The translations under genes and the position numbers were made by a program. Below, in pieces: positions 27,600-37,975 of a stretch of 64,000 nucleotides of DNA; within the stretch, counting starts at the first letter, position 1; the number at the start of each line of letters is the position of its first letter. Under the pieces are notes generated by a model. It was not told the DNA's origin. It made no database searches and saw only the letters and a list, made by a program, of their open reading frames with translations. This stretch comes from Candidatus Omnitrophota bacterium (GTDB lineage: Bacteria; Omnitrophota; Gorgyraeia; Gygaellales; Profunditerraquicolaceae). The DNA is taken from contig JAZDED010000033.1 in the NCBI GenBank assembly GCA_043809145.1, positions 18,196-82,195 on the forward strand, in the 5' to 3' direction.

Positions 27600-28559
27600 A
27601 TGCCGGCATCTTACCTAAAATCTTTCAAATCCGGAAAACTAAAAAAAATAACTAAAAAAATATACCAAGAGCTAAAGTCCTGTGCTATCTGCCCCAGAAA
27701 GTGCCGGGTGAACCGCCTTAAAAATGAGATGGGTTTCTGCCGTACCGGGTTAAAAGCAAGAATTTACAGTTTTATGCCCCATCACGGAGAAGAGCCTCCC
27801 ATATCAGGAAAAATGGGCTCAGGAACAATTTTTTTCAGTAACTGCAATATGTCCTGCGCCTATTGCCAGAATTTTAAATTCAGCCAAGAAGGAGAGGGCA
27901 GGGAAGTTGATGACCATGAACTATCCTCTTTTATGCTGGAATTGCAAGAAATGGGCTGCCACAATATAAATCTTGTTACCCCTACACATGTCCTGCCGCA
28001 GATACTAAACGCCTTACTCTTAGCGATTCCTCAAGGGCTTAAATTACCCATAGTTTACAATACCGCAGGCTATGAACTCCTGAAAATAATCAGGATGTTA
28101 GAAGGAATCGTAGATATATACCTTGCTGATATGCGCTACGCAAGCGAAAAAAAAGCCAAAGAATATTCCCTGGCTCCGGGGTATCCAAAATACAATCAGC
28201 AATCTCTAATTGAAATGCACAAACAGGTAGGCATGGCTAAATTCGACCTTTGCGGTATAATAGTTCACGGGCTAATTATCCGCCACCTGGTCCTTCCCGG
28301 GCGAACGTCAGGAACAGAGCAAGTTATGCGCTTCATCGCAGATAATATCTCACAGGAAACTTATATAAGCCTTATGAGCCAATACTCGCCCTATTATAAG
28401 GCTTGCAAACACCAGGAGATTAATCGCCGCATTTCACTTGAGGAATATGCAGAAGCAAAAAAAATAATGCAGGAATGCGGGCTTCATAATGGTTGGACGC
28501 AAGAAGAACACGGGCTAGAAAACCTTGCCGGTATCCATATAAAAAGCAATTTTTTATAA
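27600..28559 (+). CDS. radical SAM enzyme, PflX-like (putative activase family)
   Basis: CNMSCAYCQN (Cx3Cx2C) preceded by CAICPRKCRVNR...GFCR. ATG at 27600 is preferred over 27501. Confidence 0.8.
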   Translation: MPASYLKSFKSGKLKKITKKIYQELKSCAICPRKCRVNRLKNEMGFCRTGLKARIYSFMPHHGEEPPISGKMGSGTIFFSNCNMSCAYCQNFKFSQEGEGREVDDHELSSFMLELQEMGCHNINLVTPTHVLPQILNALLLAIPQGLKLPIVYNTAGYELLKIIRMLEGIVDIYLADMRYASEKKAKEYSLAPGYPKYNQQSLIEMHKQVGMAKFDLCGIIVHGLIIRHLVLPGRTSGTEQVMRFIADNISQETYISLMSQYSPYYKACKHQEINRRISLEEYAEAKKIMQECGLHNGWTQEEHGLENLAGIHIKSNFL

Positions 28560-28564
28560 AATAA

Positions 28565-29041
28565 ATGGATAACATAAAAAAAGTATGCCTAAAACTATTC
28601 CGCACCAATGATTCAGCGCAAAAAATTGCCATTGGATTTGGCTTAGGCGTATTCCTAGGCATCCTACCGGGAACCGGGCCACTGGCGTCGCTATTCCTTG
28701 CCACCCTCTTAAAGGTCAACCGGGCAGCAGCCTTTGTAGGAAGCCTGCTGGTAAATACCTGGTTAAACATTATTACTTTTTTATTGTCAATTCAAATAGG
28801 TTCTGCTATAATGCAGCTTCATTGGCAGGATGTTTATGACGGATGGTCTATCTTTATTAAGAATTTCAAATGGCGCAATTTATTTGAACTACCTTTACTT
28901 AAATTTATTCTGCCGGTAATCCTGGGGTATTTCGTAATCGGTTTGGCCCTGGGGGCTCTGAGTTACCTAACGATATTAGTTATCATGAAACTAAGGAGGC
29001 AAAATGGAAAAATCTATAAAAGGAACGCGGACAGAAAATAA
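28565..29041 (+). CDS. DUF2062-like membrane protein
   Basis: IAIGFGLGVFLGILPGTGPL plus further TM helices. Confidence 0.55.
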   Translation: MDNIKKVCLKLFRTNDSAQKIAIGFGLGVFLGILPGTGPLASLFLATLLKVNRAAAFVGSLLVNTWLNIITFLLSIQIGSAIMQLHWQDVYDGWSIFIKNFKWRNLFELPLLKFILPVILGYFVIGLALGALSYLTILVIMKLRRQNGKIYKRNADRK

Positions 29042-29582
29042 CCTACTTAAGGCTTTTGCCGGAGAATCCCGGGCCAGAAACCGCTATACTTATTTTGCCA
29101 GCAAAGCCCGCAAAGATGGCTTCGAACAAATCGCCAATATTTTTATGGAAACTGCTGAAAATGAAAAAGAGCATGCCAAGGTCTTCTTCAAATACTTAGA
29201 AGGCGGAGATCTGGAAATAACTTCAGTTTATCCGGCAGGAGTAATCAAAGACACCAAGTCCAACCTTGAAGAGGCCGCCGCCGGAGAAAATATGGAGTGG
29301 ACGACTATCTATTCTGATTTCGCCAAAAAAGCCAAAGAAGAAGGTTTTGCGGACATATCGCGCTCATTTGAACAGATCGCTAAAGTAGAAAGATTCCACG
29401 AATCCAGATACCGTAAATTAGCCAATAATCTGGCCAATAAAGAAGCCTTTAAGAAGAAACAAACAGTCAAGTGGCACTGTATAAACTGCGGTTATGTCAT
29501 TGAAGCAGACGAAGCCCCTAAGGAGTGTCCAGCATGCAAACACCCGCAAGGCTTTTATGAAGTGCTGGCGGAGAATTTCTAG
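29004..29582 (+). CDS. rbr: rubrerythrin
   Basis: NLLKAFAGESRARNRYTYFA, ENEKEHAK and the C-terminal rubredoxin-like CINCG...CPACKHP. Confidence 0.85.
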   Translation: MEKSIKGTRTENNLLKAFAGESRARNRYTYFASKARKDGFEQIANIFMETAENEKEHAKVFFKYLEGGDLEITSVYPAGVIKDTKSNLEEAAAGENMEWTTIYSDFAKKAKEEGFADISRSFEQIAKVERFHESRYRKLANNLANKEAFKKKQTVKWHCINCGYVIEADEAPKECPACKHPQGFYEVLAENF

Positions 29583-29584
29583 CC

Positions 29585-29917
29585 ATGATGCTCGACAAAA
29601 TAAGTACCTGCTTAAAAGAAATTGAATGCGTAGAATTAAGAAAAGACACGGCCGGCAAATACTATGAGGCTGTTTTTCTGCAAAGCAAAATCCCCTCAAT
29701 CATGCAAACCCTGGAATCATCATTAGGAAAACCAATTCCCCGAGCCAACTTTACCCCTTTAATAGAAAAGACTATTTCCGAATACGGAGGGGTTGGCGAT
29801 GGACAAACCCTCTACTTCCTGAAACAGGATAAAGAAATATTATTTGCCATGCTTTGGCCATGGCAAAGCGGCCAATTCACTACAATAAAATTAGCAACCA
29901 AAACTACTTCGGTATAA
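29585..29917 (+). CDS. hypothetical protein
   Basis: ORF tightly following rbr. No motif recognised. Confidence 0.4.
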   Translation: MMLDKISTCLKEIECVELRKDTAGKYYEAVFLQSKIPSIMQTLESSLGKPIPRANFTPLIEKTISEYGGVGDGQTLYFLKQDKEILFAMLWPWQSGQFTTIKLATKTTSV

Positions 29918-30028
29918 TAGAAGCTACTATTATCTCCTTGTATTTTAGATGCTTTATAGTAAAATAAAAAAAGATAATGTCACCAAAAACAAGTTCCTTA
30001 GCATAGGAACACTAAAAGGAGGGAGTAA

Positions 30029-31309
30029 ATGAAACGAACTGGGTTAAAAGGAACGCTTAGTTTATTTCTTGTATTTGTCTATGTCTTATCTTTTAGCGTG
30101 CTTTTAACAAGCAATCTCTTTGCGGCAGAGCGTCCGGATCGGGATTACATCCTAATCGGCCATCCTAATCCTTCTACCGGTAAGGTCGGCGCTTTTGGCG
30201 AAGTCTCTCCGTGGGTAGATGATGAAATTGTTGCTGCAATTAACGCAGAAGGCGGTATATACATTAAGGAATATGGCAAAAAGATGCCTATCAAGGTTAA
30301 GGTTGTAGACGTTCAAAGCAGCTCCACAATTACCGCAGATGTTACTACCAAGTTAATCCTTGAAGATAAAGTAGACATGATTGTAGTTATGCATACGCCG
30401 GACATAGTCATTCCAGCAAGTATGGTCTGCGAAAAATTCAATATCCCTTGCATAGTTACTAACTGCCCGACCGATGCCTGGACATCGGCGGCCAATTACA
30501 AGTGGGTTTATGATATCTTCTGGAATTATCAGACAGCCGCAGAAGTTCATACCGGATTATGGAAAAAATTCGAGGGACAAACCAATAAAGTCGTGGGCGC
30601 GTTTGCCACTGATGATATAGCTGCTAAGATGTGGATAGCGCCAAATATTAAAATAGCGAAGGAGATGGGATACAAAGTAGTTGAGGCATTAGATATACCC
30701 GGCTCAACAACAGACTATAGCGCTATAGCCGAACTTTTTAAGAAAGAGAAAGCAGAGATATTTATCGGCAACACAGTTCTTCCTGTTTTCAGCCAGGCCT
30801 GGAAACAGTTTAACCTCATGGGTTATAAGCCTAAGTTTGCGTCTATTGCCCGGGCTATGCTCTTTCCCAGCGCCGTAGAAACGCTCGGAGAAAATGCAGA
30901 CGGAATAGCCGTAGAAATATGGTGGCATCCGGAATTTCCTTTTAAATCGTCATTAAACGGTATGAGCGCCAAAGAATTCGCAAATGCATATGAAAACAAG
31001 GCTGGAAAACAATGGAACATGGCACTTGGGTTTGTTCACGCCGCATTTGAAGTCGCAATTGACTCTTTAAAGCGCGCAGGAACCCTGGATAAGGAAAAAA
31101 TCAACCAGGCAATTAGAGAAACTGACCTTGACACCATTGTCGGGCATATTAGATTTAACAAAGATCAATATTGTTTGACCCCAATAGTTGGCGGACAATG
31201 GACCAAGGGGACTAAATGGCCTTGGGAGTTAAAGATAATCTCCAATGACGGACACCCGGAAATACCTTTAACCGGCGAATTAATGTTTCCGCTTCCCGGT
31301 TCAAAATAA
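30029..31309 (+). CDS. periplasmic substrate-binding protein (LivJ/Peripla_BP_6-like)
   Basis: Signal peptide ...LLTSNLFAAE. Size and alternating alpha/beta pattern are typical of type I SBPs. GGAGGG lies upstream. Confidence 0.65.
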   Translation: MKRTGLKGTLSLFLVFVYVLSFSVLLTSNLFAAERPDRDYILIGHPNPSTGKVGAFGEVSPWVDDEIVAAINAEGGIYIKEYGKKMPIKVKVVDVQSSSTITADVTTKLILEDKVDMIVVMHTPDIVIPASMVCEKFNIPCIVTNCPTDAWTSAANYKWVYDIFWNYQTAAEVHTGLWKKFEGQTNKVVGAFATDDIAAKMWIAPNIKIAKEMGYKVVEALDIPGSTTDYSAIAELFKKEKAEIFIGNTVLPVFSQAWKQFNLMGYKPKFASIARAMLFPSAVETLGENADGIAVEIWWHPEFPFKSSLNGMSAKEFANAYENKAGKQWNMALGFVHAAFEVAIDSLKRAGTLDKEKINQAIRETDLDTIVGHIRFNKDQYCLTPIVGGQWTKGTKWPWELKIISNDGHPEIPLTGELMFPLPGSK

Positions 31310-31428
31310 AGAACATTTTTTAATACTCTCTGCGCGCTACTGCCTCTGTAAAAAAAGTGGTAGAAGCGCGCATAGATAAATAAAAGCCTGGTCTTAAAGA
31401 ATCACTCTAGAATGGAAGGCGTTTAAGC

Positions 31429-33570
31429 GTGAGAAAATCGCTCAAGAATAAGATGCTTATCGGCGTGCCGCTGGTAATTATTACTGTCATGCTAATTGTC
31501 ATGACAGTCGTCACATTTATTATTAGCAAACAAAACCAAAGATCAGCCACCACGCTTCTGCAGAACGCCCTTGCTATAGTCACCAATTTTCTTACCGAAA
31601 GACAAGATAAACTAAAATTTGATACCGCGCAAATCGCCTCATTGGGGGATATGGGCGAGAAAATAAAGTACGTTTCCGACAATAAGGTTAATTTCCAGTA
31701 TAGCTTTATCAAACCCACCTATACCGAAATTGCCGGGCTTATGTATAATACCGCGACTACCGCCGGAATATGGCAGGTCTATATTTATAGTTTAAGCGGC
31801 GATTTAGTATCTTTTACTGTTATTGACGAGTCGGGAAGCAAAATAGGTTTTGTGTATGACCAGAATACGGTAGAATTAGCCCAACTAAAACCGGAAGAAA
31901 AATTGGGCCACGATGCCTGGAAAAGCCAAAACAGTTTGCCTTCAGGAATTGCCTACAAAATTGGTAATGAGATACCTGATAAAGAAAATATAGATTTTAA
32001 AGTCATTGGTAAATACTTATGTTTGGTCGCCAATGTACCGATTGTGGGCCTGGATTATAATACTAAAACCGGAAAGATGGAATTAAAACAGGTTGGTATC
32101 GCTGTAACAATTCAGAGGCTTGGCGCAACTTTTACCAGAAAGCTAGCAGAATTATCCGGAACATATATAAATATATTCGGTTTAGACGGATTGATTACGG
32201 GAACGCAACTGCAATACAGAGTATTAGATATTGCCAGATTTCCTGAATCAAAACAAGAATGGAACCTAACAGAGCAAAAGTTAATATTTAACGATATCCA
32301 GATAGATAAAGAAATATACTACCAGGGGATTCTTCCTATTTATTCCGGCTCAAAATGCATAGCCGCCATATCAAGCTTATATTCCAAAGAGACCGCGCGA
32401 GCCAATACTACTCAAATAATCAACACCCTGATCCTGGTCTGCCTTATCGGCATTATTATTATCGTGCCCATAACATTTCTTTTGGTGCGCGGCATAATCA
32501 GCCCCCTGGAGAAAACCGCCAAAATGATGCATGACATCGCCGGTAAAAAGGGCGACCTGACCATGCAGCTGGATATTAAAGGAGAGCAGGAAATAAAAGA
32601 TTTGGCTTCAGCCTTTAACGGCCTCATTAAAAGCATATCCGAAATTATTGGCATGATCCGCGCAACCTCTGACAAGATTACTACTTCAAGCCAAGGAGTA
32701 GCTACCAATGCTCAAGAGATGAATTCCTTAACCGTCAAAGAAGCCTCTACTATTCAACAGGTATCCAAAGGCGTATCCGAACAAGCAAGTAAAATCGAAA
32801 GTACCGCGCGCATTATGGGCGAAATGACTGTTTCGGTAAAACAGGTTTCACTTAATGCCCAGGCTGCAGCTAATGCATCTAAAAAAGCTGCTGACATTGC
32901 CAATAAAGGAGGCGAATTATCCATGCAAGCCGTAGAAAGGATAGCAGAAATAAACAAAGCCATCAGCTCCTCGGCAGAAATGGTCAGCAGGCTTGCAGAA
33001 CGCTCCAGGCAGATATTTGCCATAGCAGATGTCCTGACTAAAATAGCCGACCAGACCAATCTATTAGCCCTGAATGCAGCTATTGAAGCAGCGCGCGCAG
33101 GAGAATCCGGGCGCGGTTTCGCAGTAGTAGCCGAAGAAGTAAGAAAACTTGCTGAAGGCTCATCATCCTCAGCCAAAGATATAGGCAAACTAATTCATGA
33201 AATACAAAAGGAAACAGTGGAAACTGCCAATTCCATTGGTTCAGGAACACAGATGTTATCTGAAGGTACTGTAATCATAAATGAACTGGGAATTGCTTTG
33301 GGTGAAATAGTCAAATCTGCCAAAGAAGCATCCAATATGGTTTACCAGATAGCTGCTGCAAGCGCGCAACAGCAGGAAGGTACTCAAAAGGTAGCTCAAA
33401 CTATAAGCGAAATTGCCCTAATTGCAGAAGAATCTGCTGCAGCCGCTCAAGAAGCAGCTTCATCCACAGAGGAGCAAACCTCTTCGATGCAGGAAATGGC
33501 TGCCAGCGCTCAAGAATTATCTAGCATGTCTGAACGCCTAAAGGAAGTTGTTTCCAGGTTTAAACTATAA
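31429..33570 (+). CDS. methyl-accepting chemotaxis protein with a large periplasmic sensor domain and HAMP
   Basis: Two TM segments and the signalling hairpin core [34 protein letters not shown]. Confidence 0.85.
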   Translation: MRKSLKNKMLIGVPLVIITVMLIVMTVVTFIISKQNQRSATTLLQNALAIVTNFLTERQDKLKFDTAQIASLGDMGEKIKYVSDNKVNFQYSFIKPTYTEIAGLMYNTATTAGIWQVYIYSLSGDLVSFTVIDESGSKIGFVYDQNTVELAQLKPEEKLGHDAWKSQNSLPSGIAYKIGNEIPDKENIDFKVIGKYLCLVANVPIVGLDYNTKTGKMELKQVGIAVTIQRLGATFTRKLAELSGTYINIFGLDGLITGTQLQYRVLDIARFPESKQEWNLTEQKLIFNDIQIDKEIYYQGILPIYSGSKCIAAISSLYSKETARANTTQIINTLILVCLIGIIIIVPITFLLVRGIISPLEKTAKMMHDIAGKKGDLTMQLDIKGEQEIKDLASAFNGLIKSISEIIGMIRATSDKITTSSQGVATNAQEMNSLTVKEASTIQQVSKGVSEQASKIESTARIMGEMTVSVKQVSLNAQAAANASKKAADIANKGGELSMQAVERIAEINKAISSSAEMVSRLAERSRQIFAIADVLTKIADQTNLLALNAAIEAARAGESGRGFAVVAEEVRKLAEGSSSSAKDIGKLIHEIQKETVETANSIGSGTQMLSEGTVIINELGIALGEIVKSAKEASNMVYQIAAASAQQQEGTQKVAQTISEIALIAEESAAAAQEAASSTEEQTSSMQEMAASAQELSSMSERLKEVVSRFKL

Positions 33571-33701
33571 TAAAACTTATCAATTTACGTTATACCCTTG
33601 AAAAACCTACCAAAAAACAACTTATTACTCTTTAATGAAGGTAAAATAAGCTTAAAAAACAGCAGGGGAGAGGCTAAAAAGAGAGCAGAGAGGAAGCAAA
33701 T

Positions 33702-34451
33702 ATGCATAAATTAGTACTTTTAAGGCATGGAGAAAGCACCTGGAATAAAGAAAACCGATTTACTGGCTGGACTGATGTAGACCTGTCAGACAAAGGGCTT
33801 ATAGAAGCCAAACATGCCGCAGAAACCCTCAAAAAAGACGGTTATATATTTGATTTAGCCTATACTTCGGTTTTGAAAAGAGCCATTCGCACACTCTGGA
33901 TAGCTTTAGATAAAATGAATCTAATGTGGATACCGGTATTACGCTCCTGGAGGCTTAATGAAAGGCATTACGGAGCCCTACAAGGCCTAAATAAAGCTGA
34001 AATGGCTGCTAAGTACGGAGAAGAGCAAGTCCTTGTCTGGCGCAGGAGCTACGACACCAGGCCTCCGGCATTGGATATTAATGATGATAGATACCCCGGA
34101 AATGACCCGCGTTATGCTGAACTAGACAAAAAAGAGCTTCCCCTGACAGAATGCCTGAAAGATACTGTGGACAGATTCCTGCCTCACTGGCACGAACAAA
34201 TAGCCCCTGCGGTAAAATCCGGCAAAAAAGTGATTATTGCAGCTCATGGCAACAGCTTACGAGCGCTGGTTAAATACCTGGACAAGGTTTCAGAGCAGGA
34301 TATCGTAAACCTTAACATACCCACGGGAATTCCTTTAGTCTACGAACTTAATGCTGACCTTACGCCAATTAAACATTACTATCTGGGAAACCAAAAAGAA
34401 ATAGATTTAGCTATGCAAAAGGTAGCCTCCCAAGGCAAAGCCAGAAAATAA
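33702..34451 (+). CDS. gpmA: 2,3-bisphosphoglycerate-dependent phosphoglycerate mutase
   Basis: [26 protein letters not shown] and [11 protein letters not shown]. Confidence 0.9.
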   Translation: MHKLVLLRHGESTWNKENRFTGWTDVDLSDKGLIEAKHAAETLKKDGYIFDLAYTSVLKRAIRTLWIALDKMNLMWIPVLRSWRLNERHYGALQGLNKAEMAAKYGEEQVLVWRRSYDTRPPALDINDDRYPGNDPRYAELDKKELPLTECLKDTVDRFLPHWHEQIAPAVKSGKKVIIAAHGNSLRALVKYLDKVSEQDIVNLNIPTGIPLVYELNADLTPIKHYYLGNQKEIDLAMQKVASQGKARK

Positions 34452-34456
34452 ACATC

Positions 34457-35230
34457 ATGAACAGGATAAGATTAGGTATTCTTTTCTTTATTTTTCTGGT
34501 TCTGCTTTTTATCATAATTAAATTTGGCACACCGATTAAAAATAGCAGCCCGGCCAAACCAAAACCTATCAGTATAACATTGCAAAAAAAGACTGCTTCA
34601 AATATTAATTTTTCAAAAGAAAAAATAATTTATGATGTAAAAATAGGAAAAATCAATCTGGGTATAGCCGAATTCACTTATCTTGGCCAATCCTTAAATA
34701 AAGGTAGACTATTGAATGAGATGTTGATGAAAACCAGGCTAAAAAAATTTACCGATACAGACCGGATTTTTAGCGACCCGATTACACTGCTACCGGTGAT
34801 CGTGGAAAGAGAAATAAGTAAGTTATTCAGCCGGGAAAAAATAACCGAAGAATACGATCAGAAAAACTTTACAGTCACTATAAATAAAACCGTAGGATTA
34901 GAAACTGAAACAACAGTTATACAAAAAGACGGGCCTATACACAACGTAATACTTCTGCCGCATTATGTGCGCAAGAATAAAGACCTTAATATAGGTAAAA
35001 CTATAACCGTAAATCTACCTACCCGTAAATTAGAGTTAAAATTAACCTCAATAGAGAATATCAAAACCCCCGCAGGACTCATTCAGGCATACCACTTTGA
35101 AAGCACTCCTAAGCAAATTGAAATCTGGGTAAGCGCAGATAGCCGCAAAATTCCTTTAAAAATTGAAAGTAGCGGCTTGCTCGGATACACTATGTTAATG
35201 AAAAAGTATATAGCTGACTTTACCAATTAA
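34457..35230 (+). CDS. hypothetical membrane-anchored/secreted protein
   Basis: N-terminal hydrophobic helix LGILFFIFLVLLFIII. No catalytic motif recognised. Confidence 0.4.
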   Translation: MNRIRLGILFFIFLVLLFIIIKFGTPIKNSSPAKPKPISITLQKKTASNINFSKEKIIYDVKIGKINLGIAEFTYLGQSLNKGRLLNEMLMKTRLKKFTDTDRIFSDPITLLPVIVEREISKLFSREKITEEYDQKNFTVTINKTVGLETETTVIQKDGPIHNVILLPHYVRKNKDLNIGKTITVNLPTRKLELKLTSIENIKTPAGLIQAYHFESTPKQIEIWVSADSRKIPLKIESSGLLGYTMLMKKYIADFTN

Positions 35231-35445
35231 ATTATGTTTGTATAAGAACTGCATCTAGATGTAGAAGTTACCAAAATAAAGTAAGTCCAAGTAAATCCAA
35301 AAACGCTTATCCACAGAAAAATCCCAAAACAACATAACTCATTGCAGTACAACATGTTAAGCATACTTCTCTCCATATGCTCAAGTTAACATAAGATATA
35401 TTATAGGCACTTGTACGACATTCAAGATTAAATAAAAAACACTGC

Positions 35446-35658
35446 TTATAAGGCCGATTCCTGCTCTAAACGACTTTTATTAAGATACTCCCTGATTTGA
35501 GCCATTTCCTTATCATCAGGGTCACTTTTTTCTTTAAGCCATCTTTGAATTGTCCGGGTGCTTACACCAAGATATTCCGCCAGATCCTTAGTTTGATACC
35601 CACCAGAGTTAAGGTGAAATTGATGCAGCTTGTGCCATTCCTCAAGCTCTCTATTCAC
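35446..35658 (-). CDS. small helix-turn-helix protein
   Basis: TKDLAEYLGVSTRTIQRWLKE. The GTG start overlaps the stop (TAAGTG) of an unlisted 42-codon ORF at 35659-35787. Confidence 0.5.
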   Translation of the reverse strand: MNRELEEWHKLHQFHLNSGGYQTKDLAEYLGVSTRTIQRWLKEKSDPDDKEMAQIREYLNKSRLEQESAL

Positions 35659-35849
35659 TTAAATACCTCCCTCAAGTACATACATAAATCGCTGTCCGAG
35701 AAACCCCGTATAACCCTGCAATATCATCCAGGGATTTCTTTTCACTACTATACATTCTTGTTTAGTCAAACCAGCTAATTTTACCATTTTCTGCTTTATT
35801 TAAGCGAGCTAAATTACTTGTTAGTTATTTTTGACTGGTTATTCTATAG

Positions 35850-36155
35850 CTACTCACTCTTGTACTCAAAGTTACCGCCATGGATACGAATTAGCTTACC
35901 GTTTACCAAGGCATCAGCAACGGTCTTATGACCATGTTTAAGGATCCTGCTTAAGGTCTGCTGGGATATTCCCATGGATTTGGCTGCCTCTTTTTGGCTC
36001 AATCCCTTAAAATCAACTAACCTCAATGCCTCTACCATGTCTAGGGTCAAATACGCCTCATCCGGCCTGCCAGGGCGTCCCCTAGGGCTAAATTGGCTAA
36101 TTTTACCTATATCACGGATTATCCTGGATTTCTTTGGCCTTCCCCGCGGAAACAT
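35850..36155 (-). CDS. DUF134 (UPF0251) family DNA-binding protein
   Basis: PRGRPKK, F.PRG, LTLDMVEALRLVDFKGLSQKEAAKSMGISQQTLSRIL. Confidence 0.7.
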   Translation of the reverse strand: MFPRGRPKKSRIIRDIGKISQFSPRGRPGRPDEAYLTLDMVEALRLVDFKGLSQKEAAKSMGISQQTLSRILKHGHKTVADALVNGKLIRIHGGNFEYKSE

Positions 36156-36371
36156 AATTAATTATCTTTTTACCTTGATTTACCTGGCTTTAACGCCCAA
36201 GTTATTTTGAGTACTTACTCATACTTCAGCCAAATTAATTAGGGCTCTCGTCGAGACAAAAGCCCTTATATAAATTTACTTGAGTTTACCTGTGTTTATC
36301 GTGATTATAATTATACCGCAATCAATTACAAAATCAAACATGAATTTGTTCTATATATATGTATCAATAAA

Positions 36372-36824
36372 TTATGCTTTGACCACCAAGTCTCTTCTTC
36401 TCACCCGGGATTTAACCAATATGCCGATCTCATCGCCTTTTTTAGCCTGTTGGATAGGAGAACGGTCAATCTGCATGGAGTTAATCGTCTGGTTAAAATC
36501 CGTAGTATGGCCTTTAATCCTTATGGTGTCACCTAAAACTAACGGCGCCTTGAGCTTGACCACTCCGGCCTGGACATGGGGAAAATAATGGGTTACTTCG
36601 CCGATGATGTCGGAAGCAGCTATCCCTTTGGGTAAACCTTTCTTTGCTGATACCCGCTTGGCAGAGGACTTTTTCTTGGGCTTAATTGACTTTTTCCCTG
36701 CCTGGGGTTTTTTTCTTACTACCTTTTTTGCTACTTTTTTTACTAACCTGATCTTTACGACCTTCTTTTTTACTACTTTCTTCGTTGCTGCTTTCTTAGC
36801 TTTCTTTTTTTTATTTAGAGGCAT
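36372..36824 (-). CDS. protein with a histone-H1-like Lys/Ala/Val-rich N-terminal half and a C-terminal EF-Tu-domain-II-like beta-barrel ('translation elongation factor-like')
   Basis: MPLNKKKKAKKAATKKVVKKKVVK...KPKKKSSAKRVSAKK, then IGEVTHYFPHVQAGVVKL...GDTIRIKGHTTDFNQTINSMQID...AKKGDEIGILV. AAGGAGG lies upstream. Confidence 0.6.
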   Translation of the reverse strand: MPLNKKKKAKKAATKKVVKKKVVKIRLVKKVAKKVVRKKPQAGKKSIKPKKKSSAKRVSAKKGLPKGIAASDIIGEVTHYFPHVQAGVVKLKAPLVLGDTIRIKGHTTDFNQTINSMQIDRSPIQQAKKGDEIGILVKSRVRRRDLVVKA

Positions 36825-36869
36825 TTTAAAACCTCCTTATGTTTTAGCGGTTTCTTAATGGCCGCTAAT

Positions 36870-37961
36870 TTAGCCCTTCACCTCAATCAAGGAATCTTTC
36901 TGGCCGTAGGGATTAACTGTCGTATTTGGATTATTCGGATCTTCAACCCAATCTCCGTCAACCACAAATTTGTAACGGTATCTTCCTGCCACCAGGTCAA
37001 TTTTTTTACCCCAAGAACCTTCTGCGGACTGTTCCATGCGGCTATCTTCATTGACCTTCCAATCATTAAAATCTCCCACCAGATGCACTTCTTTAGCCGC
37101 GCTATTCTTAAGCGAAAATACCATTTCGCTAAACTTAGGGATTTCTTCCTTAAGAATCTGCTTCATCTTTTTATCCAGCGCATCCATAACCTTGGCCGGA
37201 CCCTCTTCCATGGTAATAACCTCTCTGGCCAGGCTGAAATAATCTTTTGCCCCCCGGCAATATTTGTCAAATTTCCAGATATGCAAACCTTGGTTCTGGG
37301 CTTCCTTAAGTTTGACATTAACATGAATAATCGTAGAATACATCATCTTTTTAAAAGCGGACTTAATCCTATCCAGCATAATGAAGGAATGGCGCAGGCG
37401 CGAGTCGAAATTGGTAACCAGGACTTTGGAATCAACTTTATGGTCAAGCCTTTCCTTGACCAGTTCGATTATACTGGTCAACTGAGATAATCCTTCCAGG
37501 GAAAAGCGACTGGCCTCTACAGGTATAATTATCTCATCAGTTGCCCGGACTGCATTAATAGTCAGGATCCCTAAGTTTGGCGGACAGTCTATCAAAATAT
37601 AATCATAGTCAGCCTTAAAACCGCTCAAGATATCAGATAGCCGGGATTCTCTGCCAATCTCATAGGCCATCTCCTGCTCCAGGGTACTCAAAATAATGCT
37701 TGATGGCGCAATATCAAAATTTCCATCGACCTTTTGAATAATCTCGGGTAGTGCCGCGCTCTTACTGGTGAGCTTGGACAAAACATTATAGATACTTAAG
37801 TCAACCTTAATATCTAATCCTAAAGTAGCGTGCGCCTGAGGGTCCAAATCAATAAGCAATACCTTCCTGTTATTCTGCGCTAAAGTTGCAGCCAAATTCA
37901 CCGCAGTAGTGGTTTTGCCGCATCCTCCCTTTTGATTAGTAATGGAAATTATGCGCATCAA
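36870..37961 (-). CDS. Soj/ParA-type ATPase fused to a C-terminal CBM48 / AMPK-beta glycogen-binding-type domain
   Basis: [21 protein letters not shown] (deviant Walker A), [12 protein letters not shown] and [11 protein letters not shown]. The C-terminus [12 protein letters not shown]...[20 protein letters not shown] parallels AMPK-beta VYLSGSFNNW...HQYKFFVDGQWTHDPSEP. AAGGAGG lies upstream. Confidence 0.85.
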   Translation of the reverse strand: MMRIISITNQKGGCGKTTTAVNLAATLAQNNRKVLLIDLDPQAHATLGLDIKVDLSIYNVLSKLTSKSAALPEIIQKVDGNFDIAPSSIILSTLEQEMAYEIGRESRLSDILSGFKADYDYILIDCPPNLGILTINAVRATDEIIIPVEASRFSLEGLSQLTSIIELVKERLDHKVDSKVLVTNFDSRLRHSFIMLDRIKSAFKKMMYSTIIHVNVKLKEAQNQGLHIWKFDKYCRGAKDYFSLAREVITMEEGPAKVMDALDKKMKQILKEEIPKFSEMVFSLKNSAAKEVHLVGDFNDWKVNEDSRMEQSAEGSWGKKIDLVAGRYRYKFVVDGDWVEDPNNPNTTVNPYGQKDSLIEVKG

Positions 37962-37975
37962 TTGCCTCCTTTTAA

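Noticed and set aside
35307-35315. Perfect DnaA box TTATCCACA as evidence for oriC
   Set aside because: It is a single box. I did not find a cluster of boxes, an obvious DUE, or dnaA/dnaN nearby. It is kept only as a remark under the strand-switch finding.
36604-37490. Plus-strand ORFs of 84 aa and 210 aa (36604-36858, 36858-37490)
   Set aside because: They are antisense shadows of the Lys-rich and ParA-CBM48 genes. Their translations are low-complexity (F/T-rich) or motif-free, whereas the minus-strand products carry strong motifs. The same reasoning applies to the many antisense or alternate-frame ORFs in the supplied track, for example 185-622, 1113-1526, 4514-5035, 10292-10786, 14265-15044, 22401-22796, 32754-33188, 50777-51469 and 57959-58327.
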